A stretch of DNA of 64,000 bases. Origin: Candidatus Omnitrophota bacterium (GTDB lineage Bacteria; Omnitrophota; Gorgyraeia; 2-01-FULL-45-10). Position 1 is the first letter of the stretch; every line of letters begins with the position of its first letter. Both the position numbers and the translations under genes were made by a program. The notes under the pieces are model-generated. The model was not told where the DNA came from. It saw only the letters and a program-made list of their open reading frames with translations, and searched no databases. Below are positions 48,444 through 57,448 of this stretch, in pieces. The stretch lies in assembly GCA_020057115.1 (NCBI GenBank), contig JAGVGJ010000027.1:5058-69057 (forward strand), read 5' to 3'.

Positions 48444-49558
48444 AAGTACTTCAGCTTACGACGCATATGAACATAGGGGGGATACCAAACTACATCCTGA
48501 CGCTCTCCGGCGCCCTGAGATCGAAAGGCGCGGAGTGCCTGGTCGCCTCGAGCGGCGGGGATCTCGTGCCGGAACTTGAAAGATCCGGCCTGCGGCATGT
48601 CGAGCTTGACATAAAGACCAAGTCTGAGCTGAGCCCGAAGGTGTTTAAGTCAGTATTCAATGTAGCGAGACTGATAAGATCAGAAGGCATCGACATAGTC
48701 CATGCCCACACGCGCGTCTCTCAAGTGGTGGCGTTCTTTGCATGCCGCTTGTCCGGAACGCCGTATGTCACGACTTGCCACGGCTACTTCAAGACCAGGT
48801 TCAGGAAGATATTTGATACCTGGGGAGAGACGGTGATAGCGATAAGTGATCCGGTCAGGGAGCATCTCGTAAAAGACCTTGGCGTAAAGAAGGAGCGCGT
48901 TGCGCTTGTATATAGCGGTATCGATGCATCGCGGTTTGCCGGAGATCATTCCAGGGATGAGATCCGCGCCATAAAAAAGTCTTACGGCTTGAAAGACGGC
49001 CCGGTCGTGGGCCACATAGGCAGGCTGTCTTCCGTCAAAGGACAGAAGTTCCTTGTGGAGGCGATGAAGCCCGTCATCTCAAATATGCCGGACGCCCAGC
49101 TGTTTATCATAGGCAATGGTCCGGAGGAGAAGGCCTTAAAGGCCCTTTCAAAGTCGCTCGGCATTGAAGGCTCTACGGTATTTCTTGATTCAGACCTCGA
49201 TACCCACAGGCTCCTGTCTGTCATGGACGTATTTGCATTTCCGTCGGTAAAGGAGGGACTCGGGATAGCGCTTCTGGAGGCGTTTGCTTCCGGCCGGGCT
49301 TGCGTTGCATCCGACATAGGCGGCATAAGCGATATCATAAAGAATCCGCTGGTCGGCCTGCTGGTCAGGGTCGGGGATACGAATGGCCTCTCCGGAGCCA
49401 TATTGAAGCTTCTGGCAGACGAGGGCCTTCGCAGCCGCATGGGAATGGCGGCCAGACAAGTAGCTAAGGACAGGTTCTCGCTCGACAGATGGTCTATCGG
49501 TGTCGCTAAAGTTTATAACGGCGTCTTAAAGAAAGATGGCTCAATTGAAAAAATTTAA
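48440..49558 (+). CDS. Family 4 glycosyltransferase
   Basis: MKVLQLTTHMNIGGIPNYILTL…FAFPSVKEGLGIALLEAFASGRACVASDIGG…. Confidence 0.85.
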   Translation: MKVLQLTTHMNIGGIPNYILTLSGALRSKGAECLVASSGGDLVPELERSGLRHVELDIKTKSELSPKVFKSVFNVARLIRSEGIDIVHAHTRVSQVVAFFACRLSGTPYVTTCHGYFKTRFRKIFDTWGETVIAISDPVREHLVKDLGVKKERVALVYSGIDASRFAGDHSRDEIRAIKKSYGLKDGPVVGHIGRLSSVKGQKFLVEAMKPVISNMPDAQLFIIGNGPEEKALKALSKSLGIEGSTVFLDSDLDTHRLLSVMDVFAFPSVKEGLGIALLEAFASGRACVASDIGGISDIIKNPLVGLLVRVGDTNGLSGAILKLLADEGLRSRMGMAARQVAKDRFSLDRWSIGVAKVYNGVLKKDGSIEKI

Positions 49559-50345
49559 AAGGATACAAATGCTTTTGGCGTCAGTAGGCGCCGTTTCTGT
49601 CATCGTCATGATCGTATTCCTTAAGACCGCCTACGTGGTTCCCGTACTCATGTACCATTCTGTTGACGGTAATGAAAACGTGACCAAGCTTTCGGTGGCT
49701 CCGGAAAATTTTGAGTCCCAGATGGAATTCTTCCGCAAGAACCATTACAATGTGGTCGGGCTTGACAGGATCGTGTCTTACATGCAGAAGAAAGAGAAGA
49801 TGCCTGCCAGGACCGTAGCCATTACATTCGATGACGGATATTATAATAACTACAAATACGCTTATCCGGTTTTAAAAAAATACAATTTTCCGGCAACCAT
49901 ATTCATGATAACGAGCAAGATAGGCCAGGATGGCTGGTGCGGATGGAAAGAGCTGAAAGAGATGTCCGATTCAGGGATCATAACTATCGGAAGCCATACA
50001 AAATCGCATTTATGGCTTCCTGATATGGGCTCAAAGCAACTTAAGGAGGAGCTTATCGAGTCGAAGGCCATTCTTGAGAAGGGGCTTGGGAGGAGCGTAG
50101 ATTTCCTATGCTATCCTATAGGCGCCAGGAATGATCGCGTCGAGCGGTTTGCCAGGGACGCCGGCTACCTCGGGGCGGTGGCTACCAACCCCGGCAGGTT
50201 CAGTCCTTCAAACGACATATACGCCATAAAACGCATAAAGATATCACGGACATCACGCAATCATATAGTCTTATGGTTTGAATCTTCCGGTTACTACACA
50301 TGGATAAAAGAGCAGCGCAAAAGGGACCAGTATGAGTATGACTAA
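49536..50345 (+). CDS. Polysaccharide deacetylase (CE4 / NodB family)
   Basis: TVAITFDDGYYNNY, IGSHTKSHLWL and an N-terminal TM anchor. Confidence 0.85.
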   Translation: MAQLKKFKRIQMLLASVGAVSVIVMIVFLKTAYVVPVLMYHSVDGNENVTKLSVAPENFESQMEFFRKNHYNVVGLDRIVSYMQKKEKMPARTVAITFDDGYYNNYKYAYPVLKKYNFPATIFMITSKIGQDGWCGWKELKEMSDSGIITIGSHTKSHLWLPDMGSKQLKEELIESKAILEKGLGRSVDFLCYPIGARNDRVERFARDAGYLGAVATNPGRFSPSNDIYAIKRIKISRTSRNHIVLWFESSGYYTWIKEQRKRDQYEYD

Positions 50346-51354
50346 GAGGATCCTGGTGGTCAATGTCAACTGGGTCGGAGACGTGATATTCTCGACGCCA
50401 TTTATAAAGGCGGTGCGGGAGGCGTATCCCGACGCCTATATCGCGTGCCTTATCCATCCGCGATGCAAGGAGATGCTTGAGGACAACCCGCGCCTTGACG
50501 AGCTTATTGCGTATGATGAAGAGGGCGAGCATGCCGGGCTTCTGGGCAAGGCCCGTCTTGTGATGGAGCTTAGGAAAAAGCGTTTTGATACAGCATTTAT
50601 ACTCCACAGGTCTTTTACGAAGGCGCTCCTGACGCGGCTTGCGGGGATAGAAGAGAGGATAGGGTATGCCACCAAGAACAGGGCTTTCGTCCTCACAAAA
50701 GCGGTCGAGATTCCCGACGAAGATATCCATAAGGTAGAATATTTCCTGGGTCTTGCAAGGGCCGCCGGGATCGCGCCTAAAGACAATTCATATGAATTTT
50801 TTGTAGGAGATAAAGAGAAGAAGGCCGTCAGGGAATTCCTGGCCAAAAGCGGCATATCGGAGAATGACAGGCTTGTCGTGATATGTCCTGGCGGTAACTG
50901 GGACCCCAAGAGATGGCCGAAGGACAAGTTCGCGAAGCTGTCGGACCTTCTGATCGAGAGGTTTGGCGTCAAGGTAGTCATTGCCGGCGCAAAGAAGGAT
51001 ATAAACCTAGCCGCGGACATAAAGAAGCGTATGAATAATCCCGCAGTCATAGCGTGCGGTACCACGACCCTTAAGGAGCTCGGAGCGCTTCTTGGCCGCG
51101 CGGCGCTCGTGATAGCAAATGATACGGGCCCCATGCACATGGCGGTCGCCGTCGGAGCTAAGACTATAGCGCTCTTCGGGCCCACATCCCCGAAGCTGAC
51201 CGGGCCATATGGCAAGGGCGAATACGAAGTGATATCCCGATATGAAAAGTGCGATATACCATGCTACGACGTCGCGTGCAAGGACTACAAATGCATGAAT
51301 TCCATCAAAGTGGAAGAGGTCCTGGAGGCCTCAGATCAGATGCTTAAGGAATGA
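50332..51354 (+). CDS. GT9 ADP-heptose:LPS heptosyltransferase
   Basis: ILVVNVNWVGDVIFSTPFIKAVREAYPDA…IANDTGPMHMAVAVGAKTIALFGPT. Confidence 0.85.
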   Translation: MSMTKRILVVNVNWVGDVIFSTPFIKAVREAYPDAYIACLIHPRCKEMLEDNPRLDELIAYDEEGEHAGLLGKARLVMELRKKRFDTAFILHRSFTKALLTRLAGIEERIGYATKNRAFVLTKAVEIPDEDIHKVEYFLGLARAAGIAPKDNSYEFFVGDKEKKAVREFLAKSGISENDRLVVICPGGNWDPKRWPKDKFAKLSDLLIERFGVKVVIAGAKKDINLAADIKKRMNNPAVIACGTTTLKELGALLGRAALVIANDTGPMHMAVAVGAKTIALFGPTSPKLTGPYGKGEYEVISRYEKCDIPCYDVACKDYKCMNSIKVEEVLEASDQMLKE

Positions 51355-52340
51355 ATATGCAGATAGACAAGTCGGCGGTGAACAGGATACTCGTGATAAC
51401 GCTCAGTAACGTGGGGGACGTGATACTTACGACTCCCGTAATCCGGGCGCTGGCAAAAGAGTTTCCAGGTGCTAGGATAGATGTCATGGTGGGCCCGAGC
51501 GGAAAGGCCGTATTCGAAAAGGACCCGCGCATATTTAAGGTGATAGTTTATGACAAGCACCTTCCGATGGTCCAGAAGCGGAGGCTGCAACTTAAGCTCA
51601 GCAAGCTTAAATATGACATGGTCGTGGACTTGAAGAACACCATATTTCCGCTCCTTATCGGGCCGAAGTTCAGGACAGCGACCATACAGCGCTTTCCCAG
51701 GAGTATCGTCCACAGCGGCAAGAAGCATCTCTACAGGCTCGCTTCCCTGGGGATAGATAACACGGCCGAGCCCTCATATATCTACATACCTCGTGAAGAT
51801 GAAGATTACGTCGAGGGCCTGCTTAAGGGGAACAAGATCCGGGATCCTATAGTCGTGATAAATCCCGGAGCGAAGAGCCATCTAAAGAGATGGGCGCCGG
51901 AAGGTTTCGCCGAGGTTGCGGACAGGATGATCGAGGAGTGCGGGGCGAGCGTCATATTCGTCGGTATGGATGCGGACAAAGAGGTCGTTGCCAAGATATT
52001 GTTCAAGATGAAGAAGGAGCCTTTTAACTTTGTGGGGAAGACGAATATACGGCAGCTGGCGGCTCTCCTCTCAAGGGCGAAGCTCCTCATAACCAATGAC
52101 AGCGCCCCGCTCCACCTGGGCTGTGCCGTCAAGACTAAGGTCCTCGCCATATTCGGCCCGACCGATCCGGAAAAGTACGGGCCCACGGGAGATCTGGATA
52201 TAGTTATGTCGACGAAGCTCTCATGCTCGCCGTGCGAATCGGCTGCATGCAAAAATAATTACGAGTGCATGAAGCTCATACCCTCCGAAGAGGTCTTTGA
52301 GACAGCGAAGCTGATGGTAGAAGGGTATGAGGAAGAATGA
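51351..52340 (+). CDS. GT9 heptosyltransferase family protein
   Basis: ILVITLSNVGDVILTTPVIRALAKEFPGARI…TNDSAPLHLGCAVKTKVLAIFGPTDP. Confidence 0.85.
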   Translation: MNMQIDKSAVNRILVITLSNVGDVILTTPVIRALAKEFPGARIDVMVGPSGKAVFEKDPRIFKVIVYDKHLPMVQKRRLQLKLSKLKYDMVVDLKNTIFPLLIGPKFRTATIQRFPRSIVHSGKKHLYRLASLGIDNTAEPSYIYIPREDEDYVEGLLKGNKIRDPIVVINPGAKSHLKRWAPEGFAEVADRMIEECGASVIFVGMDADKEVVAKILFKMKKEPFNFVGKTNIRQLAALLSRAKLLITNDSAPLHLGCAVKTKVLAIFGPTDPEKYGPTGDLDIVMSTKLSCSPCESAACKNNYECMKLIPSEEVFETAKLMVEGYEEE

Positions 52341-53383
52341 GCATCCAAAATCAAAATTCAAAAGTAAAAAGTAGAAATTACAAGAAGATCCTTATCGTAC
52401 GGCTCGACAGGATAGGCGATGTCGTATTGTCGACGCCTGTAATAAAAGCCGTCCGCGAGGCTTATCCCGCAAGCCACATAGCCTTCCTTGTAAGGCCTTA
52501 TGCCGAAGATGCGGTGAAAGGCAACCCGTATCTCGACGAGGTCATAACTTACGATAAGAAGGGTACGCTTAAATTTATCCTCAAGCTGGCGAGGAAGCGC
52601 TTTGAGCTTGCGATAATACTCCATCCTACGTCGCGCACGCACTGGGTGACATTATTGGCATGCATACCCGAGAGGGTCGGCTATGACAAAAAGATGGGAA
52701 CCCTGCTTACGGATAGGATCCCGCACAAAAAGGAACTGGGGCTAAAACACGAGGTCGATTATACTCTCGACATATTGGAACATATCGGCATCGCGGCAAA
52801 GGACAGGGCCCTATATTTTCCTATAAAGCGCGAGAGCGAGAAGAAGGTCAGGGACATTTTCGCCAGGGGCGGGATAAGAGAATCGGATGCCATAGTCGTC
52901 CTTAACCCTTCGGCAAGCTGTCCGTCAAAGAGATGGAGGCCTGAAAGTTTCGCGAATGTCGGAGACGCCATCGCAGAGCGGCTGGGCGCAAAGATAGTCA
53001 TCATATCGGATCTTAAGGACAGGGTTTTTGCGGACCAGGTGGCTAATGCGATGAGAATGGGCTCGTTCAACATCGCCGGGATGACGACCGTGGCGGACCT
53101 CGGAAGCGTGCTGAAGCGCGCGAAGCTGTTCATATCCAATGATTCCGGCCCGGTCCATATAGCGTGCGCCGTGGGAACGCCCGTCATAGCCATATTCGGC
53201 CGCAAGGATGCGGGGCTCTCGCCAAAGCGCTGGGGGCCGCGGGGGAAGAGGGATATAGTCCTGCATAAGGACGTCGGGTGCGATGTCTGCCTGGCGCATA
53301 ATTGCAATATCGCGTTCAAGTGCCTCGAGGAGATAACTCCTGAAGAGGTTATCTCTGCGGCGGCCACGATCCTGAAGAAGTAG
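52337..53383 (+). CDS. GT9 heptosyltransferase family protein
   Basis: ILIVRLDRIGDVVLSTPVIKAVREAYPASHI…SNDSGPVHIACAVGTPVIAIFG. Confidence 0.85.
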   Translation: MSIQNQNSKVKSRNYKKILIVRLDRIGDVVLSTPVIKAVREAYPASHIAFLVRPYAEDAVKGNPYLDEVITYDKKGTLKFILKLARKRFELAIILHPTSRTHWVTLLACIPERVGYDKKMGTLLTDRIPHKKELGLKHEVDYTLDILEHIGIAAKDRALYFPIKRESEKKVRDIFARGGIRESDAIVVLNPSASCPSKRWRPESFANVGDAIAERLGAKIVIISDLKDRVFADQVANAMRMGSFNIAGMTTVADLGSVLKRAKLFISNDSGPVHIACAVGTPVIAIFGRKDAGLSPKRWGPRGKRDIVLHKDVGCDVCLAHNCNIAFKCLEEITPEEVISAAATILKK

Positions 53384-53400
53384 CTTCTCGAGTATCGTGA

Positions 53401-53535
53401 ACCCTCTTAAGTGCGGGGTATCTTTACGCGAACGTAAAATTTCCAGCGGAAATTTTACTCGGATAATCGCTATCTTCGTTGAAAGATAGCGATTATCGAC
53501 GTCGCTTCAAGACACCCCGCACTTAAGAGGGTAGC
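53401..53535. other. Structured non-coding module 1. A perfect 18-bp outer inverted repeat (CCCTCTTAAGTGCGGGGT / ACCCCGCACTTAAGAGGG) encloses two perfect hairpins: an 11-bp stem GTAAAATTTCC/GGAAATTTTAC and a 15-bp stem ATAATCGCTATCTTT/AAAGATAGCGATTAT.
   Basis: Read directly from the sequence. No ORF. Confidence 0.6.
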
Positions 53536-53726
53536 TAGTTGCTCCAAGACCACCTCAGCGTCCGCCCGCTACATGAGATCGCAACCTGGGGGGCGGCGAT
53601 TGGATCACGCTCTACACGGAAAGCGGGTGAGTGATCCAATAAAACATTAAGGCGTCGTTTGTAGCGATGACGAGGGAGAATCTTCCTTATATAGCAATGT
53701 ACGGCGTGCTGTCATGTAGGCCCTGG

Positions 53727-53840
53727 AGGGGTAAGGTGTCCTGAAGCGACGTCGAAGGTTGCGATTTTTCAGCGAAAATCGCAACCTTCCGAACGACGTT
53801 CCCTCCGGGAACGGAGTGTTCGCGCAAGGACACCTTACCC
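53727..53840. other. Structured non-coding module 2. A perfect 15-bp outer inverted repeat (GGGGTAAGGTGTCCT / AGGACACCTTACCCC) encloses an approximately 21-bp bulged hairpin (CGTCGAAGGTTGCGATTTT…AAAATCGCAACCTTCCGAACGACG) and a 5-bp hairpin (CTCCG ggaa CGGAG).
   Basis: Read directly. Only a short spurious 60-aa ORF overlaps it. Confidence 0.6.
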
Positions 53841-53896
53841 CGAAAGGGCTATCACAGGGGAACGAGGATGAAAATTCGAATGAGGAGGAGATTTGG

Positions 53897-53932
53897 GCAA
53901 CAAAAAAGACCCTCATTCGAGAAGGTCTTTTT
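53897..53932. terminator. Bidirectional Rho-independent terminator (AAAAAAGACCCTCATTCGAGAAGGTCTTTTT)
   Basis: The hairpin is flanked by an A-run on one side and a T-run on the other. Confidence 0.55.
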
Positions 53933-54172
53933 AGAAGGTGATAGGCCTTAAATAGCTTTCGCTATCGTTCCATCTCCTTTGTATCTTTCTACTTAAAGTA
54001 TGCCACAAGAAAACGAAAAAGGCAAGGGTATGAGGCAAAAAATCTCAAGGGCAATATTCTGGCTTCTGTTCGCATTCTGCGTCATCTCCCTGATAGTGGA
54101 GTTCAAAAAGACCTGCGGCGAAAGATGCGCGGCTCCCGGAAGAGAGCCGGCGTCGATCACAGAGAGGGCAAA

Positions 54173-54655
54173 ATGAAGGAATTCATCGAAAAAGCCATAA
54201 GCATAATAAAGAAGAGGGAGTTCGTGATCGTCGCTACATGCGATCTGGATAACAACCCTAATGCCGCGCCTAAATTCGTTCTCAAATTGGATAAGGATTC
54301 GATATATCTTATCGATTATATCATGGGCAGGACCTATGATAACCTAAAGATAAATCCGAGGGTATCTCTGTCATTCACGGACCCGCGGACTCTTAAAGGT
54401 TATCAGATCAACGGCTCGGTCGATATCATAGAGAAAGGCCCGGTCTATAAGATGATATTCGAAGAACTGGATGCCAGGAAGGTCAATCTTACGGCAAAGC
54501 ATATCATTGAAGAGGTCCGCGGGGAGAGCAAGCATGACAGCTTTGAAGTGACGATGTCCGAAAGGTTCGTTATACTTAAAGTGGGAATGTATGAGATAGC
54601 CGAGATGAGTCCTACCGGAGAGCTTGCCAGGAAGAGGCTCAAGGACCATTCATAG
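54173..54655 (+). CDS. Pyridoxamine 5'-phosphate oxidase-like FMN-binding split-barrel protein
   Basis: About 160 aa, with MKEFIEKAISIIKKREFVIVATCDLDNNPNAAPKFV… typical of the PNPOx-like / general-stress-protein-26 fold. The track start is 54125; the ATG at 54173 is preferred. Confidence 0.5.
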   Translation: MKEFIEKAISIIKKREFVIVATCDLDNNPNAAPKFVLKLDKDSIYLIDYIMGRTYDNLKINPRVSLSFTDPRTLKGYQINGSVDIIEKGPVYKMIFEELDARKVNLTAKHIIEEVRGESKHDSFEVTMSERFVILKVGMYEIAEMSPTGELARKRLKDHS

Positions 54656-54672
54656 CATATAATATATTATAT

Positions 54673-54701
54673 TTGACGGTATATTATCTTCATGTTAAAA
54701 T
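54673..54701 (+). promoter_or_regulatory. Candidate promoter TTGACG-N17-TAAAAT upstream of the DHS-like / hldE / kds operon
   Basis: Hexamers read directly. It lies about 25 nt upstream of the RBS aagaagg at 54710-54716, which is followed by the ATG at 54725. Confidence 0.4.
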
Positions 54702-54724
54702 AACCCATTCAAGAAGGAAAATTG

Positions 54725-55663
54725 ATGAAAAGAGAGAGAGTAGACCTTTCGAAGATAAAGACCATTCCTCTTAACGCGAGGAAGTGTAAAGTATGCGTAA
54801 GCGACTTTGCCAAGGTCACCAAGAAAGGCGGCTCGTTCAAAGAGTTCTACGAGTCGCTTCCCAACATACTTGCAAGCCAGAACCTGCAGATAGTCGTAGA
54901 CGCCGTAGTGAAGGCGCATAAAGACGGTAAGAGCGTTGTCTTCATGATGGGCGCGCACGTGATCAAGTGCGGGCTGTCGCCGCTGGTGATAGACCTGATG
55001 AAGAGAGGCGTGCTCAAGGCGGTCGCTTTGAACGGCGCCGGCGTGATCCACGACACGGAGATAGCCATGATAGGCAGGACGAGCGAGGACGTGGGCGAGG
55101 CGATACTCGACGGATCGTTCGGCATGGCGAAGGAGACGGCGTCTTTCATAAATGACGCCATAAGCGACGGATTCAAGAATGGCATCGGCATAGGCGAGGC
55201 GGTGGGCAGCCGCATACTTCGCGACAAGCTGCCCCATAAAGACTTAAGCATACTTGCCGTCGGCCATGAGCTGAACGTGCCCGTCACAGCGCATGTCGCC
55301 ATCGGCACCGACATAATCCACCAGCATCCGTCGGCAAACGGCGCCGCGATCGGCGAGGGCTCGCTCCTCGATTTCAGGAATTTCATATATTCTCTCTCGA
55401 ATCTCGAGGACGGGGTCGTCATAAACTTCGGCTCCGCGGTAATATTACCGGAGGTATTTTTAAAAGCGGTAACCGTAGCGCGCAATCTCGGTTTTAAGCT
55501 CGAGCGTTTTACGACGGCGAATTTCGACATGATAAGCCAGTACAGGCCTTACCAGAACATACTCTCAAGGCCCACGTCGAAGGGCGGGAGAGGTTATAAC
55601 GTAATAGGGCATCATGAGATAATGATGCCTTTACTTTACCGGTCGATAATAGAGAAACTATAA
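54725..55663 (+). CDS. Deoxyhypusine-synthase-like (DHS-like NAD-binding fold) protein, putative
   Basis: …GVLKAVALNGAGVIHD… and …VPVTAHVAIGTDIIHQH… resemble the conserved TTAGGvEED and P-x-DGSIGD blocks of the DHS family. Moderate certainty only. Confidence 0.4.
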   Translation: MKRERVDLSKIKTIPLNARKCKVCVSDFAKVTKKGGSFKEFYESLPNILASQNLQIVVDAVVKAHKDGKSVVFMMGAHVIKCGLSPLVIDLMKRGVLKAVALNGAGVIHDTEIAMIGRTSEDVGEAILDGSFGMAKETASFINDAISDGFKNGIGIGEAVGSRILRDKLPHKDLSILAVGHELNVPVTAHVAIGTDIIHQHPSANGAAIGEGSLLDFRNFIYSLSNLEDGVVINFGSAVILPEVFLKAVTVARNLGFKLERFTTANFDMISQYRPYQNILSRPTSKGGRGYNVIGHHEIMMPLLYRSIIEKL

Positions 55664-56665
55664 ATGGCAAGCAAATACGCGGCAAGACTTGAGAAGGTCA
55701 TAGGAAATTTCGGGGATCGCAAGGTGCTCGTTATAGGCGACCTGATACTCGACGAATTCATCTGGGGCGATGTCTCAAGGATATCTCCCGAGGCGCCGGT
55801 CCCTGTCGTATGGGTTAAGAAAGAGAGCTTCATGCCGGGCGGCGCATCTAACGTTGCGAATAATCTGAGTTCTCTCGGCGCCAAGGTCTATCTCGCAGGC
55901 ATGATAGGCGGTGATGAGCATGGCGCCATACTTAAAGGCGAGCTTGAGCAGAAGGGCATAAATGTCGACGGCGTCCTGACCGACGAGTCCCGGCCCACGA
56001 TATTAAAGACAAGGGTCGTCGCCGGTCATCAGCAGGTATGCAGGATAGACAAGGAGACGGTCGGTCCGCTGGGGGACAATATCGTAGCGAGGATGATAAG
56101 ATACGTCAGGTCCATAATAGACGACGTAGATGCGGTCATCATAGAAGACTATGGCAAGGGCGCCATAAGTCCGAAGCTCTTGAAGGCTATACTCCCGCTC
56201 GCGCGTTCGCGCGGCAAGATAATATCCGTAGATCCCAAAGAAGAGCATTTCAAGTATTACAGGGGGATAAGCGTGATCACCCCGAATAATCACGAGGCCT
56301 CAAGGGCGGTCGGCTTCCAAATAAAAGACGACGCGACGCTGAAGAAAGCGGGGGCGGCGCTCCTTAACAAGATAAAGTGTAAGATCGCGCTCATAACCCT
56401 GGGTGAGAATGGCATGGCGGTATTCCAGAAGGGCAAGCCCATGAAGCAGATACCTACGGTAGCGCAGGAAGTATTCGACGTTTCCGGAGCGGGCGATACG
56501 GCCATAGCAAGCTATACTCTTTCGCTAGCCGCAGGCGCCGATCCGGTTCAGGCGGCATACATAGCGAATTGTGCCGCAGGCATAGTCGTAGGCAAAATAG
56601 GGATAGCCGTAGTGGCGCCCGACGAACTTATTAAAAGGGTCAAGAGAGAACTGGGAAAACTATAA
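55664..56665 (+). CDS. hldE: D-glycero-beta-D-manno-heptose-7-phosphate kinase (HldE/RfaE domain I; PfkB family), without the adenylyltransferase domain
   Basis: …KVLVIGDLILDEFIWGDVSRISPEAPVPVV…DVSGAGDTAIASYTLSLAAGA…. Length 333 aa. Confidence 0.85.
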   Translation: MASKYAARLEKVIGNFGDRKVLVIGDLILDEFIWGDVSRISPEAPVPVVWVKKESFMPGGASNVANNLSSLGAKVYLAGMIGGDEHGAILKGELEQKGINVDGVLTDESRPTILKTRVVAGHQQVCRIDKETVGPLGDNIVARMIRYVRSIIDDVDAVIIEDYGKGAISPKLLKAILPLARSRGKIISVDPKEEHFKYYRGISVITPNNHEASRAVGFQIKDDATLKKAGAALLNKIKCKIALITLGENGMAVFQKGKPMKQIPTVAQEVFDVSGAGDTAIASYTLSLAAGADPVQAAYIANCAAGIVVGKIGIAVVAPDELIKRVKRELGKL

Positions 56666-56688
56666 ATATCTTAGGAGGTGAGGGACAG

Positions 56689-57447
56689 GTGAAAGCGATA
56701 GGGGTCATACCGGCAAGGTGGGGAGCGACAAGGTTCGAAGGCAAGGTCCTTGCAAATCTTTTGGGAAAGCCGGTCATTCAGCATGTATGGGAGAATGCGA
56801 AGAAGGCGAAGACGCTGGACGATCTCGTGGTCGCTTGCGACGACGAGAGGATAATGAAGGTGGTCGAAGGCTTCGGCGGAAAGGCCATCTACACGTCTCC
56901 TAACCAGCCCTCAGGAACGGACAGGCTGGCTGAGGTCATAAATCCGCTCGATATAGAGATAGCCGTTAATATACAGGGCGACGAACCGCTGATGAAGCCT
57001 ATCATGATAGACAAGCTTGTGATGTCTCTCGAGGATGAGAAGCTCGCGCAGATGGCCACCGTCATAAAGAAGGTCGAGGATGATTCGGAACTTACGAACT
57101 CGAACGTCGTCAAGGTCGTGGTGGATAAGAACGGTTATGCGATATACTTCTCGAGATACGCCATCCCTTATAACAGGACCGGCAAGGCCGAGAAAGACAA
57201 GAAGCCCGTCTATTACAAACACATAGGGCTCTACGCATTCACCAAGGACTTTCTCTTTACTTTCAAGAAACTTCCGGAATCTTCTCTTGAGAGGGCCGAG
57301 AAGCTCGAGCAGTTAAGGGCGCTTGAATACGGCTATAAGATAAAGGTCGTGGAGACACAGTTCGATACCATCGGAGTGGATACTCCGGAAGACTTGAAGC
57401 GCGTCGAAGAGGCCCTTTTAAGGGAGAGAGAGAACACACAGGTATAA
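56689..57447 (+). CDS. kdsB: 3-deoxy-manno-octulosonate cytidylyltransferase (CMP-Kdo synthetase)
   Basis: MKAIGVIPARWGATRFEGKVLANLLGKPVIQHV…. GTG start preceded by aggagg. Confidence 0.9.
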   Translation: MKAIGVIPARWGATRFEGKVLANLLGKPVIQHVWENAKKAKTLDDLVVACDDERIMKVVEGFGGKAIYTSPNQPSGTDRLAEVINPLDIEIAVNIQGDEPLMKPIMIDKLVMSLEDEKLAQMATVIKKVEDDSELTNSNVVKVVVDKNGYAIYFSRYAIPYNRTGKAEKDKKPVYYKHIGLYAFTKDFLFTFKKLPESSLERAEKLEQLRALEYGYKIKVVETQFDTIGVDTPEDLKRVEEALLRERENTQV

Positions 57448-57448
57448 A

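Noticed and set aside
50436-51215. A 259-aa minus-strand ORF
   Set aside because: Antisense to a GT9 heptosyltransferase that has canonical motifs.
53759-53941. A 60-aa + ORF in the structured intergenic region
   Set aside because: It is entirely composed of the inverted-repeat sequence. No RBS-plus-start logic beyond an aggagg within a hairpin. It is likely spurious.
53384-54124. Retron msr/msd, RNase P RNA, tmRNA, SRP RNA or 6S RNA as identities for the structured region
   Set aside because: Module 2 has a retron-like layout (outer a1/a2-like repeat enclosing a long and a short hairpin), but there is no reverse transcriptase ORF nearby. The conserved motifs of RNase P (GGAAAGUCCGG…), tmRNA (tRNA-like 3' end, tag ORF) and SRP (…GGAAGCAGCCAAGG…) are absent. 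Its identity is left open.
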